NCBI GenBank assembly: GCA_973895155.1
Contig: OZ316896.1
Span: forward strand, 10,840,795-10,904,794
DNA length: 64,000 nt
Origin: Marsupella aquatica
Taxonomy: Eukaryota; Plantae; Marchantiophyta
Direction of reading: 5' to 3'
Each line of letters opens with the position of its first letter. The first letter of the stretch is position 1. A model generated the notes under the pieces. The model did no database searches, had not been told where the DNA came from, and saw only the letters and a program-made list of their open reading frames with translations. The translations under genes were made by a program, and so were the position numbers. Shown here in pieces: positions 26,643 to 39,919 of this stretch.

Positions 26643-29244
26643 AACTTAGTGGAATCTCAGCGGAGGTCGAAAGATATGGGGAACTGACCATCAAAATGCC
26701 ACATTCCAGGGTTGTGTCTATAGAAGGGCTTTCTTCTTATCAAGCCTTCCTCTCGGCAGCGGAGACGATCGAGATCTTGTACTACTCGATTGTGCAGGCG
26801 TGCAGGAAGGCAGGCAGGTGAGCCGTCAGGTATCCAGCTTTGTGCGTGGATTCATTTGTTCGTCGCGGCAGAATTTTTTCCAAGGCGTTTGCAACTTTGG
26901 AAGGGAGATGGAGTCCCGATCTATTATTACTCGCTGCGCTGCGCTGCGTCACCCGCCACCATCACCTGGAGAACTTGTGCTCTGCTCAGATATAGATATG
27001 TAAAGCTACGATGTTACCGCTGATGCACTAGCCTTGGCAGAGGGAGACATCCCTAAAGAAGGATTATCGAGATGGACAGTAGTGTTGACCCACAATCAGT
27101 TGCGCCATGTGACTACACCCAGCAGCTGTCGCTACACTATATAGTGTCTGATTGTGTATATAATTGTCTTTGTAATGCTGGCTCAGCTCCCTATGTGATC
27201 CTAAGCCATTGTTCTTAGCGGTCCAAAGATTTCAGATGTTGGTTCTGGTAATCTGGTCCTTACCAACCTCCCACCTCACGTAGTAGGCAGGCTTAGACAG
27301 TCACAAATGAATTTTCAACGATTTTTTCTTCTACAGTTCTGTTTGTGCTTTACACATTTAATTTCCTAGCGTCATTGGAAGTAAAATTATTATTTCAGTC
27401 TTGAGTTGAACGGACGATTCCTGGGCAATCAATCAAATCTATCCTTTCCTCATTTTGTGAGAGTGTTCGCGGCCTCAGCCCCTGACTAGACAATGTCTGT
27501 ATCGGCCGTGTAACAAGCTGAGATTTCGAACACAGTTGTTTCCGAAATAACGATATCTCAGTGGAAAAGTCGTGTGCATCTCGAGTAACCGAACCGACGC
27601 ATGTCGTGTCGCGAGTTGACAAAGCGACGAGATGCCCTCGTTCATTTCGGTAAGGGCAATTATGATATAAGCATTAAGATCCGGGGCTCAGTCACGATGT
27701 CGTCGGTTCAGGAAGACGATGATATTTAGATAGAAATGTCCCGACAGGGGGGACCTCCTCTGCACCTCTGGTTTGCTGCTCGCTTATGCATAACTACATT
27801 CAACAATGCGAAAACATTGGTTGTGTACCTACATAATCACAGGGCAAGAAGCTCGTGCGTGCCTACAGTCCCTTCGAATTTACTCACCTATCCATGTACC
27901 CGTATAAGGGTACCGACAGAAATTATTGCTGAAGTGTTGGGTCTCGTCCATTAGTTGGCGGTACAGTAGCTGGAGCGATCCAATCACAGTCTAGCGCATT
28001 ATACTCCACCAGATAGAAAAACAATATCATCATGGAACACCCTGTTTCCGATGAAGTGTACATCATTAGTGATATTGATTACATAAACCACGAGCTGTCA
28101 TTGCCTGCATTATTTTTCTCTGTTGTCGTACTCTGATACCGCCACAGCTGCACCACCATCTGAACGTGATATTATCCTGCGCAGTGTGCGTCATATAGAA
28201 CTGCCACTCGAGCGACCGTTATCGTTGCTGTTTATCTTCCTTCGCGCAACCGCAGTTCACTGGTATTGCTTTATTCGAAGTTGTTCTTCGTTCATCTACA
28301 CCGCGTGGATCTTAGCCGTAGTACCGGAGTTTACGCAAGAACTGCAGGGGCTGTCAGCAATTTTGCGGTTGATATCCCACCCCTTTGATGAGAAAGTAAT
28401 CGTCGTTATATGAATTTAGAGTTTCCCCAATGGGGGGGTGGGGGGGTGCTCACTGCACTCCTGCACAACAGAGCCATAACGTTCGAGTCTGACCACTAAG
28501 CAGACAGGTGGTTTCGAAATTTGAATGCACGGAGGAGAGGTGCAGTGGGGGGAGGAAATCGTTCACGAGGGTGGGCCCCGAGATTTCACTTTCCAGCTTG
28601 ATCGCGCCTGTAGCTGCCTGGCTGCCTGGCTCGCTTCTCTTTTAGAAGCTAAAAGCGGCCTGTTGCAAAAAAGTAGACTGCACCCAGAAGTGCATGCCCT
28701 GGCCACCACGCAAGGTCTACAGGAGATCGACCTAGTCAACTCTGCGGAACAGGATCCAGAAATCGTTCCTCCAGGAAGTAAGTTGTCGGGGATAAGTACG
28801 GAGGAGGTGCATGAATGGTTTGCTTATGTTCGATCAACGGCACCAATCAACCAATCCTCCTGGCAGCTACTCACCTTTCATTTGTCCTAGACAGTTCACT
28901 CCACCAATTTAGCGAATTCCATTCTGTGCCATTTGTGCAGTGCGTGCCCCCACCCCGCTCTTTGCTCAGCTCTTTGTTCTGTCTGTCTGTTAACATCCCA
29001 GATTTGCAGCAACTTCTTCTGTCTGTATACCTGGCGCGTCTCTTCTGCCATGTCTGCCTCTGAGCCTCTCCCTCCCTCGTCAGTTTTTCGCAAAGGGACT
29101 TTCTCTTTATACGGTAAGGCTCCCCTCTCCTCGCCTCGTGGCAGCTTTGGATCGTGTAGCCAGGCATCTAGCCAGCCCCAACACTTCGCCCGGTACTTAC
29201 TGTCCACTCCAGTCCAGTCGAGAGATCGAAAAGATTACTGGGTG

Positions 29245-29415
29245 TTCCGGATGAGATCGTGCAGCGACGGCATCGTTCCTGTCGTGGGTTGGACTAGAGT
29301 ACTAGCTAGCTCCATATCAATGGGAAGATCTCGGAGTTCTGGATGAGATCGTGCAGCGACGGCATCACTCCTACTGGTAGACTACTACTAGCTCCAGATC
29401 AATGGGAAGATCTCA
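29245..29415. repeat. Tandem duplication, ~93-bp unit x2
   Basis: ggatgagatcgtgcagcgacggcatc...ctagctcca(t/g)atcaatgggaagatctc occurs twice. Confidence 0.85.
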
Positions 29416-29622
29416 CACGCCAGCCCAGCCTCTATCTCCGCGCTCTTGATGTGCGGGTGTTTTGTAGTCACCAGCTGCGCCGAGCCATCGCCGGGACAGA
29501 ACGAGGTGCGATACGAATTTCCGACGAAACGGCACAAGCTTTGCCGCTTTGGGGAGAATGAACGAAACGCCGTTGTTGTACTGTAGCATTTCAGGCCGTG
29601 TTGGGGATAATTAGGATAATTA

Positions 29623-30109
29623 GGGCGTCTCAAATTACCTCACCTGCTCTCATTATAAAGTGTGCAAATTCAGTAATGGGTTTGAGCTCCACAAAAAGTG
29701 AAAGTTATAAATTTGTGGTACGTTCCATAACTCTGGCTATGGGACCAGTTATGAAATTTTAAAAATGAGGGGAGGTAACATTGACCTGCCCCATAAGGCA
29801 GGAGTTAGGGTCTCAGTGTCTCATAGCATATATTCATTTTCCTTCCATTCTTGATCAGCCATCCTCTTGAATGCAACAGCAATCACCGCGTCAGGAGAAA
29901 ACCCCACCTGCCTTCAGCTGTGGCTTCCCGGAGGTCCGGAGTCCTGGATTTCCGGATTTGAGCCTAAAGTTATGAGAAAGTTACGGGTTAAGTGTGGAGC
30001 CCGTGGGCTTTCTTTGAAGATCGGCTTCCATAACTTTCACGGGAGTTACTATAATCCTTGATTTATGGGGGAAAGTCTTATCTTGTTAAGGCCAAGCTTT
30101 GAGACGCCC
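29623..30109. mobile_element. MITE, GGGCGTCTCAAA-TIR family (extra orphan right TIR at 30418-30429)
   Basis: tta-GGGCGTCTCAAA ... TTTGAGACGCCC-taa, perfect 12-bp TIR. A further tttgagatgccc-ta at 30418. Confidence 0.8.
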
Positions 30110-31545
30110 TAATGGTGAGGTGGGGTTCACCACATGATACTAATGAGGAGTAGTGAGAAAGGGAATGAGCTTTTATAGGGGCAGATGTGGTTTAACTACT
30201 AATAAATCTTAAGACTACAAACTAATAGATCTTAAGTTAATAGTTAGGTTACTTACATAGAAAGTGGTCATATGACCATAGAGATTGGTCATATGCTATG
30301 ACCTTTTTAGTCACTCTAGAGGCTAGTGCCAAAAAGTTCTAAAACCTTTTGGATAACATTCTAAAAAAGGTAAGACATCTGTTTATGACCAAAAGTTAGC
30401 ATCTACAACTTTGAAGCTTTGAGATGCCCTATTCTTATGATGGGCCTCTCGACAGATCCAAATGATGAACGGTTCCAACTGGCGAATAGTCATGGTGCTT
30501 TTAGAGCTATCTAGCATATAAACACCTCTTTCTTTTGAGGCCCTGAGTTATCATATGTCATTGACCCAGCTTTGGGGCCCTTTCATTTGAGGTACCCAGT
30601 CCCCTAATTTGATGCTGCTAAAGTGACAGTGGGCGCCTTCCTGGCTGGGTTGTGCTGAGGAAGACTGAAACACATATGTTCACCAATCATGATGGATGCC
30701 TGCCATTCGGAGAGAAAACGGAAACAGCTAAGGCGTGCACTGACTCAACTCCAAGTTATACTTAAGCCCTGGTAGAATATTGACAGCCCTGTCGCCATGA
30801 ATGAGGAAGATGATGAAGGGTAAGAATCACATTGATCAGGTGAGGAAGGAGATCGATGCTGGGCAGTTTCACTGTACTGAGTACGGCGAGGAGATGAACA
30901 TGTACATTGGCCAGGGTCACCTGTTGGGGAATGTTGCCCTTAGAAGCCTTAGCGCTACCAGTAGCCAGATGAGTAACCAAATGCATAGATCACCGAAAAC
31001 TAAAAAAACATGAACTTCATGAATAGAGTGGAGAATATTAGGAGCCTCCAGGAGAGGCTGAGGAGTCACACCAGGGACAAGCAGAATAGGAATACACCTG
31101 CCAGACTTTTTGTTAGTCCCACCTTCTGGGGGTGGTACCGGGCTCCCTGGCCTAATTAGTTGGGTTGTTTGCCGGGGTGTTGGGCCCCCTTGTTTCCCTT
31201 GCTCGGGCAGTTGTTGCCCCATGCCTGTTATTGATGGGTCCCTGTGCCCCCCTTTTTGAAAAAAAAGGTGACAGTGGGCCAGCATTAGTGGCTTGGCTTT
31301 ATCTTGAGATTGAGGCATACAATTCTCAATTATGTTTGAATGTCGTCCGTAAAGTCCAGGGCCATAAAATGAAGGTTTGCACAAATGCAAGGTTGGCTCG
31401 AATCTTAAGGCTTCTTATATTTGCCAAGGTGGCCAATGTCACCTTGTGTGAAGGAGAAAATGCTAATACTTTCCTTACTTAGTTTTCCTATGTTAATTTG
31501 TGACCCTTAGCTCCCAGTAAATTTTAGGATAACCATCATTCAGAT

Positions 31546-31891
31546 TGTTGAGCAAAGACAATATTCACAATGGCAAGCCCATGATCATCCAATGCACAAG
31601 TAGTCAACATAGAGAGATACGTGGTTCACCTTAGTTGAGGCTACGTTCACGGGAACAAGAGCTTTATTGCACTCTAGGCCTGTTGGCTATATCGAGTCTC
31701 CGCAATACAAGATCTCCCTATCTAACTGGTTTTGTAACATTCAATGAGCCTGAGTTTGCATGCTATCTGAAAAAACAATGCTTTAAGATGTAATGTACAA
31801 GTTAGTTAACCTAACCTAGTCTGCGACTAAGGTCAGCCCTAACAATGGTTATAGTCGTACACTAGACTTAAGAGTAGATGCCTAATAAACA
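31546..31891. mobile_element. Solo LTR related to the adjacent copia element
   Basis: TGttgagca...aaaCA, 346 bp, TSD CAGAT at 31541-45 and 31892-96. Shares ggcaagcccatga.catccaatgcacaag and gcactctaggcc with the LTR at 32843. Confidence 0.85.
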
Positions 31892-32842
31892 CAGATTCTG
31901 GCAACTTGGGTCTGTCGCTAGATGGAAAACTGGTTGATTGAAGACAAAAGGCCTGAGAAAGTTTTGCCAAAAGTTGCAAAGACTTCTAAGTGAGATTAAA
32001 ACTGACAAATATTTTGCCAAAAAGTGCTGGTAGTAGTTCATAGTTCTTACAAATTGTGTATACTAGCCTGACTACCTTTGTGTATGAACAGGAAGACTGA
32101 GTTCCTTGTACCCAGAGTCGCCATGCAGCCCATCCCTAACAACTGGAGTAGTTTATAAAATGTAGACTAGTCAGATTTAAAGTGACATTATAGATATATT
32201 TAAGAGAATAAGAACAGAATGATGACTAAATAGCCTCCATCAAAGGTTGGAAAAAACACAGAGCAACAATGCAAGTTTCCAAAAGAGAGCTTGAGAAGGG
32301 ACCCTTGAGAAGTTGGTAAAAACTCAGGAGACAAGTCTTACTAGCTGCCCTACATAGAAATGCATGCTCCAAAGCAGGACGTCTATCCTTTGTTGGATGG
32401 GCCTGCTTTTGGTTTTCAAGGCAAAAAGGTCTTACTAGCAAATCATAACCATTAAACCAATCAAAGGTTGCACCAAAAATAGGTTGTCCCAAAAATACAC
32501 TAGTAGTCATTCAAATTTGAATTGATGTGCTGTTTTTAATGATTTTTTTGTTGCCTTGATGAGAAAAAGTGGAAGACAATCATGTTTTTGCCTTAGTTTA
32601 ACATATTTTTCTAATTTTTACATATTTTTCTCTATTTAACATCTTTAACTGGCCTTGGCATTTTTTTCCCACATGGACATCTTTATCTCACCAAGACCTT
32701 TTTTCTCAACCTCAACATATTTTTTCTCCTCAAGATCTTTTTCCAGCTGGCTTGACATCTTTTCCTCACCTCAACATCTTTTCTCACCTTAATATCTTAT
32801 CTCTTTCTCATCTTTATCTCACCTACAACGTCATTTCTCTCC

Positions 32843-33186
32843 TGTTGAGCATAGACGAGATTCGCAACGGCAAGCCCATGAACCATCCAATGCACAAGAG
32901 TCGACACAGAAAGATACGTGGTTCACCTCCACATGAGGCTACGTCCACGGGAACACACAAGAGCTTTACTGCACTCTAGGCCGATAGGCCATACCAAGCA
33001 TCCACAGCACAAGCTCTCCCTATCTCTTAACTAGTTCCGTAACAATGAGCCTAAGTTCCACCAGGGTCTAGCATCAGTCCTGGCTATATACACAATAGCA
33101 CTACCGCTAACATTAGCTAAGTCCTAACCCGAGTTAGACTAACTGTGGTTAGCTCATGAGTCACAAGACTAGAGCAATATCTAACA
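32843..33186 (-). repeat. 3' LTR of copia element (344 bp)
   Basis: TGTTGAGC...CTAACA. About 10 substitutions plus one 3-bp indel versus the reassembled 5' LTR (counted by eye, ~97% identity). Confidence 0.95.
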
Positions 33187-33188
33187 AA

Positions 33189-33197
33189 CTCCCCCTT
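33189..33197 (-). promoter_or_regulatory. Polypurine tract (PPT)
   Basis: AAGGGGGAG on the minus strand, immediately inside the 3' LTR. Confidence 0.85.
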
Positions 33198-33382
33198 GAC
33201 TCTTGTCTTGGGGACTGGACTAAATGCTACCATATAGAATCATCAGCGGGAAGTTCTAGACAATCACTAAACCAGGTCTCCCCCTAAAAACCACAACGGT
33301 TAACTAGAACTAAGCCGTAGCCAAACAGAAATGAGTAATCCATATACAAATAGTCACACATTGCTAAATAACTGTACTTGTA

Positions 33383-36300
33383 CTACAACTGCAAAACCTG
33401 CAAAGTAGCACGATGTCTTGAGAAACTCTCCAAAGGAATCACTTTGGTAAAGACATCAGCGGGATTGAGCTTTCCATCAATCTTGACTAGCTCAAAAGTT
33501 TTATCATACACTGCTTGCCTGATAAAATGGTACTTGATATCAATGTGCTTCACCTTACTATCCATTACCTGGTTAACAGCCAAGTGAAGAGCACTTTGAC
33601 TATCACAGTTTAGAGTCATTTTTCCATGCTCTAAACCCATCTCCGCGATCAACTTATCCAACCAAATTGCTTCCTTTGCTGTTTTTGCTGCTGCAACATA
33701 CTCTGCTTCTGTAGTAGACTGAGAAATGCACTTCTGCAAGGTAGATTTCCAACTGATACATCCTCCTCCAAGAGTGTATACAAACCCAGTTTTAGGCCTC
33801 CTTGTATCCAAACAGCCTCCATAGTCAGAATCTACATAGCCAACTAATGTTCTATGTGATCTCTTATCAAATAGTAATCCATAGTCTTGTGTTCCCTTCA
33901 CATACCTGAGAATCCATTTCACAGCTTCCCAATGTACCTTCCCTGGATTTGACATGAATCTGCTAACCTTGCCCATCGCTAGGGCCAAGTCAGGCCTAGT
34001 AAAAGTCATCAAATACATCAGACTGCCTATTGCCTTCTCATAAGAAATCTTAGCCATCAGACCTTTCTCCACAGCATCCGTAGGAGAGAAAGCAGATGAT
34101 AACTTGAAATGTGAAGCTAAAGGAATACTCACTGGCTTACAGTTTTCCATGTTGAATCGTGCAAGTACTTTCCTCGCATATTGGCCTTGACTCAAGCACA
34201 ACTGTCCAGTTTCAGAGTTCCTAAAAATCTCCATCCCTAAGATCCTCTTGGCCTTACCAAGATCCTTCATCCTGAATTCAACACTCAATTTTGCCTTGAG
34301 ACTGTCAACCTCAGATTGATCTTTAGCCACAATTAGCATGTCATCCACATAGATCACTAGAATGATGAAACCAAATACATCATTCTTGACTGATTTCGTA
34401 TACACACAAGGATCATACACCATCCTTGTAAAACCTTGAGCAAACATGAAATCATCAAACCGCTTGTTCCACTGTCTAGGAGACTGCTTCAATCCATACA
34501 AGGACTTGAGCAATCTGCAAACTAAGTTCTCTTGGCCCTTCTTCATAAAGCCTAGTCGTTGTCTCATGAAGATCAACTCTTCCAAGTTTCCATAGAGAAA
34601 AGCAATAACAACATCCATCTGATCCATCACCAGACCAAAAAACACAACAAGCTGACACAAGATCCGAATTGTGGAATACTTAGCCACCGGTGAAAAGACC
34701 TCATATACGTAGTCCACTCCTTTCTCCTGAGTGAACCCCTTGGTAACAAGCCTTGCCTTGTAGATCTTATCTCCACCCTCTAAAGGACTGTACTTCAACT
34801 TGTAAATCCACTTGTTGTCCACCACTTGTTGACCTCTTGGTAGCTCCACCAGCTCCCATGTCTTATTGTCACTCAAAGATTGCAACTCCCTCTGCATTGC
34901 TGTATTCCACTCATGCTTATGCTCTCAAGCACAAGCCTCACTGTACGAAGAAGGCTCTCCTTCTTCCAAGATCAAAGCCATATCATCATCATCAGGTGCA
35001 ATATCAATGTCATCTAGCTTAGATGAGTCTGCCCATTGACCATACCTGATAGGAGCTCTACTAGAACAACTGGAAGTTCTTCTAGTAGATGACTCAGGCT
35101 GATCTGTTGCTGCTGCTGGCTGAATTTGAGGTACCCCAGTAACAATCTGCTCTTGTTCCATCACAAGAACCAGATCCAAGCCCGGAGCTTCTCCATCTCT
35201 CTTGTCATGAATATCATCATGCCTAATCTCCCCCTCAACCCGGTCCGGGATGGGAGATTTCCCCTTGTCAGTATGGGAGTCCTGAGAACTCTCCCCCTCC
35301 TTTGATGATCTGGATTCATTAAAGGACACATCTCTATTGACAATTAGTTTACAAGTTACTGGATCCCATAATCTATAACCCTTCACACCTTTCTGATAGC
35401 CAAGGAAAATGCACTTCTTCGACTTGGACTCCAGCTTGGATCGAAGCAAGGAAGGTGTAAGCACATAAGCATCACATCCAAAAATCCTCAGATGTGAGTA
35501 ATCTGCTGGACATCCGAACCTCATTTCAAATGGCGTCTTGAATCCAATAGAATTGGATGGAGAAAAATTTACCAAATAAGCTGTAGTGTTGACAGCTTCA
35601 GCCCAAAACTCATGTGGTAAGCATGATTGACTCAACATACTCCTCGAGCGGTCCAATAGTGTTCGGTTGAGTCTCTCAGAAACACCATTCTACTAAGGAG
35701 TATAACTTGTTGTGACATGACGGATAATCCCCTGCTCCTTACAATACGTTCCAAATTCCATGGAACTGTATTCATCGCCGTTATCCGATCAAAGATATCT
35801 CACCTTATTACTAGTCTGATTCTCTACTTGGGCTTTCCACTCCTTAAAAGTGACAAAAATATCAGACTTATTGTGTAGAAAGTATATCCACACATACCTT
35901 GAGTAATCGTCTATGAACGTGACATAGTATAACCGTCCAGAATGTGAGGGAGTAGGGGCTGGACCTCACATATCACTATGTACATACTCAAATACCTCCT
36001 TGCTGGTGTGAGTTCCAACTTTGAAGGGTTTCCTGTGCTGCTTCCCTAGCACACAGTGCTCACAAAATTCTAACTTACAAGATTGCAAATTAGAAAGTAA
36101 TCTTTTCTTCTGAAGAATAGCCAAACCTTTTTCACTCATGTGGCCCAAACGGAAGTGCCACAGCCGGGCCGTCTTCTCATGAGATAAGGTTACATTGGCT
36201 TCATCACAAACAACACTGCCCTCCAAAACGTATAGATTCCTATGTCTCTTTCCCTTCAATACAACTTTAGTACCAGTTGAAACCTGAAGGACACCATTAG

Positions 36301-37648
36301 CAGAGCTCCACTGATGGCCATTTACTTCTAAAACTCCAAGTGAAATAAGATTTTTCATCATGCTGGGAATATGTCTCACATTCTTCAACGTTCTCACAGC
36401 ACCATCAAACATCTGAAATCTTACAGATCCAAGTCCAACAACTTGATATGGGATTCCATTTCCCATCAACACTAACCCGTTGGAAACCGTGTAAGAATTG
36501 AAATCTCTCCTAGAGCAAAAATCTAGAATCCAGTCATCACTACCTGGATTTGACACTACGTTGAGAGCATAACCTTGACATCACAATATGTCATCATCAT
36601 CGAGTAAATCTACCTCATACGAGCTTGATGCCGCGTTAGCAGAGGCAGTAGGGACCTTTACTCGACAATCCCTTTTCATGTGGCCAGGCTTGCCACAATT
36701 CCAACATGCAAGAGGCTTCCTCTCTTGTGATTTCCCTGTGGATTTAGATCTCCTCCGTGATGTAGATCTAAACCTGTTTTGCCCATTCGTGCGCTGCGCT
36801 GCTCTTCCCCTGTTTACATTGAGCGTAGTGCCAGAAGAAGATGCTGTCTGTGATTGATCCAGCTTCTTCTGAGCATCATCAGACAGTAATGAGCTCACCA
36901 CCTCATTATACAAAATGGACTTCAGATCTCTATACAAGAGCACCTGTTTCAAGCCCTAATATGACAACGATAAGGAGCTTAGCAGAAGCAAGGCCTTATC
37001 CTCATCTTCAACCTTTTCCCAGGTTTGATAGATCCACCGCTAGACTGTCAAACTCATCTAGGTGATCCTGCATCTTCCTCCTTTCCTTGAGCCTGAGGCT
37101 CATCAAAAGAGACTTCTTGTACAGCCGTTCTGACGCATCTTCTCGGTAGTACTTCTCTCTTAGAGCCTTGAACAGTGACGCGCAATCCGCATAATCATCT
37201 AGCTACTTGATGATGTGCGGCTTGAGATATAGCATCATTGCATTGACAACAATCACCTGCTCCGATCCTGTCTCCACTGCTTCTCTGAGATCTCCTCTTC
37301 TCCATCATACTGCTCTCGCGATGAAAGCAGATGAGCTAAGCCCATGGCCCGTAGAACACCCTTCCCTTGCTTCTCCCACAACAAGAAGTCAGTACGACCA
37401 TCGTACTTCTCCATCTCAAACTTCACTCCTCCAAATCTAGCCATCTCCCTCTTCTTCCCCACTACCGATAGCTCTGGTAGTATAACAACTTCCTCCACTG
37501 CACGCCGCACCGGTGATCGTACCGGTGTCACTAGTTCCTCCTCAAACGGTAGCAGCTCCTCCTCAGACTCTCCGTCTAACCGTCGCGATCCTGAAGCTCC
37601 ACTGACGCCAATTCTTCCAGTATCCTCCGAGTCACTCATATGAAACAA
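33383..37648 (-). pseudogene. Copia gag-pol polyprotein, disrupted by stops, frameshifts and a protease-site deletion
   Basis: Gag KFEMEKYDG..F.LW; zinc knuckle CWNCGKPGHMKRDC; PR WILD; GAG-pre-integrase LWHFRLGHMSEKG..CEHC; INT FWAEAVNT, KCIFLGY; RT YKARLV.KGF.Q, IYVDDML; RNase H STTEAEY, KHIDIKYHFIR, NPAD.FTK. The reading frame is broken between these ORF pieces. Confidence 0.95.
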
Positions 37649-38385
37649 TCATGAAAAAAGTTATTTTTCAAAACTTCTCATAAAACTCAAAACTCAGCAC
37701 CGCCACGTAGCCCACAAAGCTAGGAGTCCAAAACTGAAAGCCGAAATCAAAATCAAAATTCGACGCAAAAGTTATTCAAATTTTGGTCGGGGTGGGTAAA
37801 ACCTTGGGAAACTCCCCCGTTTTGACCACCTCGGAGAATAATCAAAATACCAAGTACAACCCGTCGTCGGAATCGCGATGTGATCGGTGCGCCGCGTTGC
37901 CAACTTCAATGGCTACGTCCTCACCAAAAAAGAACTCAAAAAGTTATCATTTGGCGGACGGAATCTTTGTCAAACGGCCAAAAAACAGCTCTCTATTTTT
38001 TGGGAATATTCCCGCAAAGTCCGACAGGTCTCACAGGGGGCCGTTCCCCCTGTCGGAGCGATTAAAACGGAGGGCGGCAGGTCCCGGCACAAGGGACACA
38101 AAGAGGGAGGGAAAAATGGGATAAAAATAGGCCCTTAAAGGGGGTGATTAGCCCTTTAACAAAAAATACAGGGTATAAGGGCGAGGACGAACAGCGTATG
38201 CCTCGGGTACGCCCAGGGGATACTCAGGTGGCTGCGTACAGTTGCGGGGCCGGGTGAACAAAAAATAATTTGCAAGGAGGAGTGAGGGGCGACAAGCGGC
38301 CGGCAGGTTGCGCGCAGAAGGCAGGGCGCAAAGGGGGTCAGGGCTGCCGAAGGGAGGGCGCGAGGTAAAAAACCAGAGGAAAATT

Positions 38386-38397
38386 GCTCTGATACCA
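38386..38397 (-). promoter_or_regulatory. Primer-binding site for tRNA-iMet
   Basis: TGGTATCAGAGC on the minus strand, 2 nt inside the 5' LTR boundary (38400). Confidence 0.9.
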
Positions 38398-38399
38398 CT

Positions 38400-38564
38400 T
38401 GTTGAGCATAGACGACATTCGCAACGGCAAGCCCATGAACCATCCAACGCACAAGAGTCGACACAGAGAGATAGGTTCACCTCCACATGAGGCTATGTCC
38501 ACGGGAACACACAAGAACTTTACTGCACTCTAGGCCGATAGGGCATACCAAGCATCCACAGCAC
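38400..38564 (-). repeat. 5' LTR of copia element, inner part
   Basis: Matches 32843-33010 up to ...tccacagcac, where the CACTA element begins. Confidence 0.95.
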
Positions 38565-38584
38565 CACTACTACATATTTGCCAA

Positions 38585-39110
38585 TTTTGCGAAGGTGTTT
38601 TACAAGAGGAAGAAAGCTTTGCAAGATTAATCTCATCGCTAAGCTTGCGATATGATACGCATCGCACTTAGCGAATCTACACACATCGCAACACATAATT
38701 GCGAAACTTAGACCATCGCAACATTTTACGACACTTCAGGTATCGCAAAACATTTCCGAAGCAACTACCATTGAACAAGTTAGCGATTTTTACCGCTTCG
38801 CAAACTCATTGAGATGCGCCGGAAAACTAAATGGTTGCGAATATTAAAGCATCTCAAAATATTTTGCGAGTCTTATTGTCTCGCAAATGAGCGATGTTTG
38901 TGGAATATATGGCTAACTTGCGATAGTAATAGGCTCGCAAATCCTGTGCCTGTCTAGGGTCTCATTTTGTGAATGTTTTGGTTTCGCAACTTTGAGATGG
39001 TGGTATCTTCAGAAGTTTGCGATGAGGGGATGATGGCAATTAGGGAGCAGTTAAGTATCGCAAATGTAGCGATGAGTTTGCGGGTGTAGGGGTTTTGCAA
39101 GATGTTTCGC
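38585..39110. repeat. Left subterminal repeat array (TCGCAA/TTGCGA)
   Basis: Many copies of tcgcaa/ttgcga and variants in both orientations. Confidence 0.85.
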
Positions 39111-39919
39111 AAAATATTATGAGCGCTTCAAAGAGGTGGAAAAGGAATGGGATTGGGGAGGGAGGGTAAAGGAGGGTGGATACATGTAATTTTTAGGGAG
39201 GGACAATGAAAAGGAGGAGGAAGGGAATGGGGCTAGGAGGGACAAGGAACGGAGGGATCCAAGAGGGAGGATACAGGTTTAGGGGGCACAAGGAAATGAG
39301 GGAGGAGGAAGGGTATGTAGATATAGTTTTAGGGAGGGTTTGGATTTAGGGAGTGAAAATAAAAAGGAGGGAGTTTAGGGTTTAGAGAGGGACAAGGAAA
39401 GGAGGGAGGGTATTGGTTTAGAGAGGGACAAGGAAATGAGGGAGGTTTAAGGGTATAGGTTTAGGAGGGAGGAGAGAAGCTAGGTTGTATAGGTAAGAGT
39501 GGGGGACAGGGGTGGAAAGTAAGGAAAGTATAGGGTTGAAATAGAAAGCCAGGGGTTGGGACAAGGAGAGGAAGGAGGAAGGAGGGTTTAATAAGAGAGA
39601 CAGACAATGAAAGAAAGGAGGAGGGAGGTCGGTACAAGTAATAAGGAGAACAGCTAGGGGGGGATTAGGAAAGCATGGAGGATAGAGGACTACAAGCAAC
39701 ATGAGTTTTCTTTGCATAAAGTCTACCAAAAGGTGTGGTGAGTGTGGGGTAGGGATGGGAGATATAGAAAACAACATTTGAAAATGATATACTTACAAAA
39801 CATAAGTTTATTGATAATTGAGAAGCGCATATTTCTCCATTCTACCGAGAAGAGAAATCTTCATATCATCAAATCTAACTATATATCCGTGTAGTTATAT
39901 ATCCACAAACACAGACCCC

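Noticed and set aside
28615-28640. tgcctggctc resembling the start of miR160
   Set aside because: Only 10 nt match, the remainder diverges, and no complementary arm was found.
39418-39777. 119-aa L/P-rich minus-strand ORF in the CACTA
   Set aside because: Artefact of the low-complexity purine-rich tract downstream of the transposase stop.
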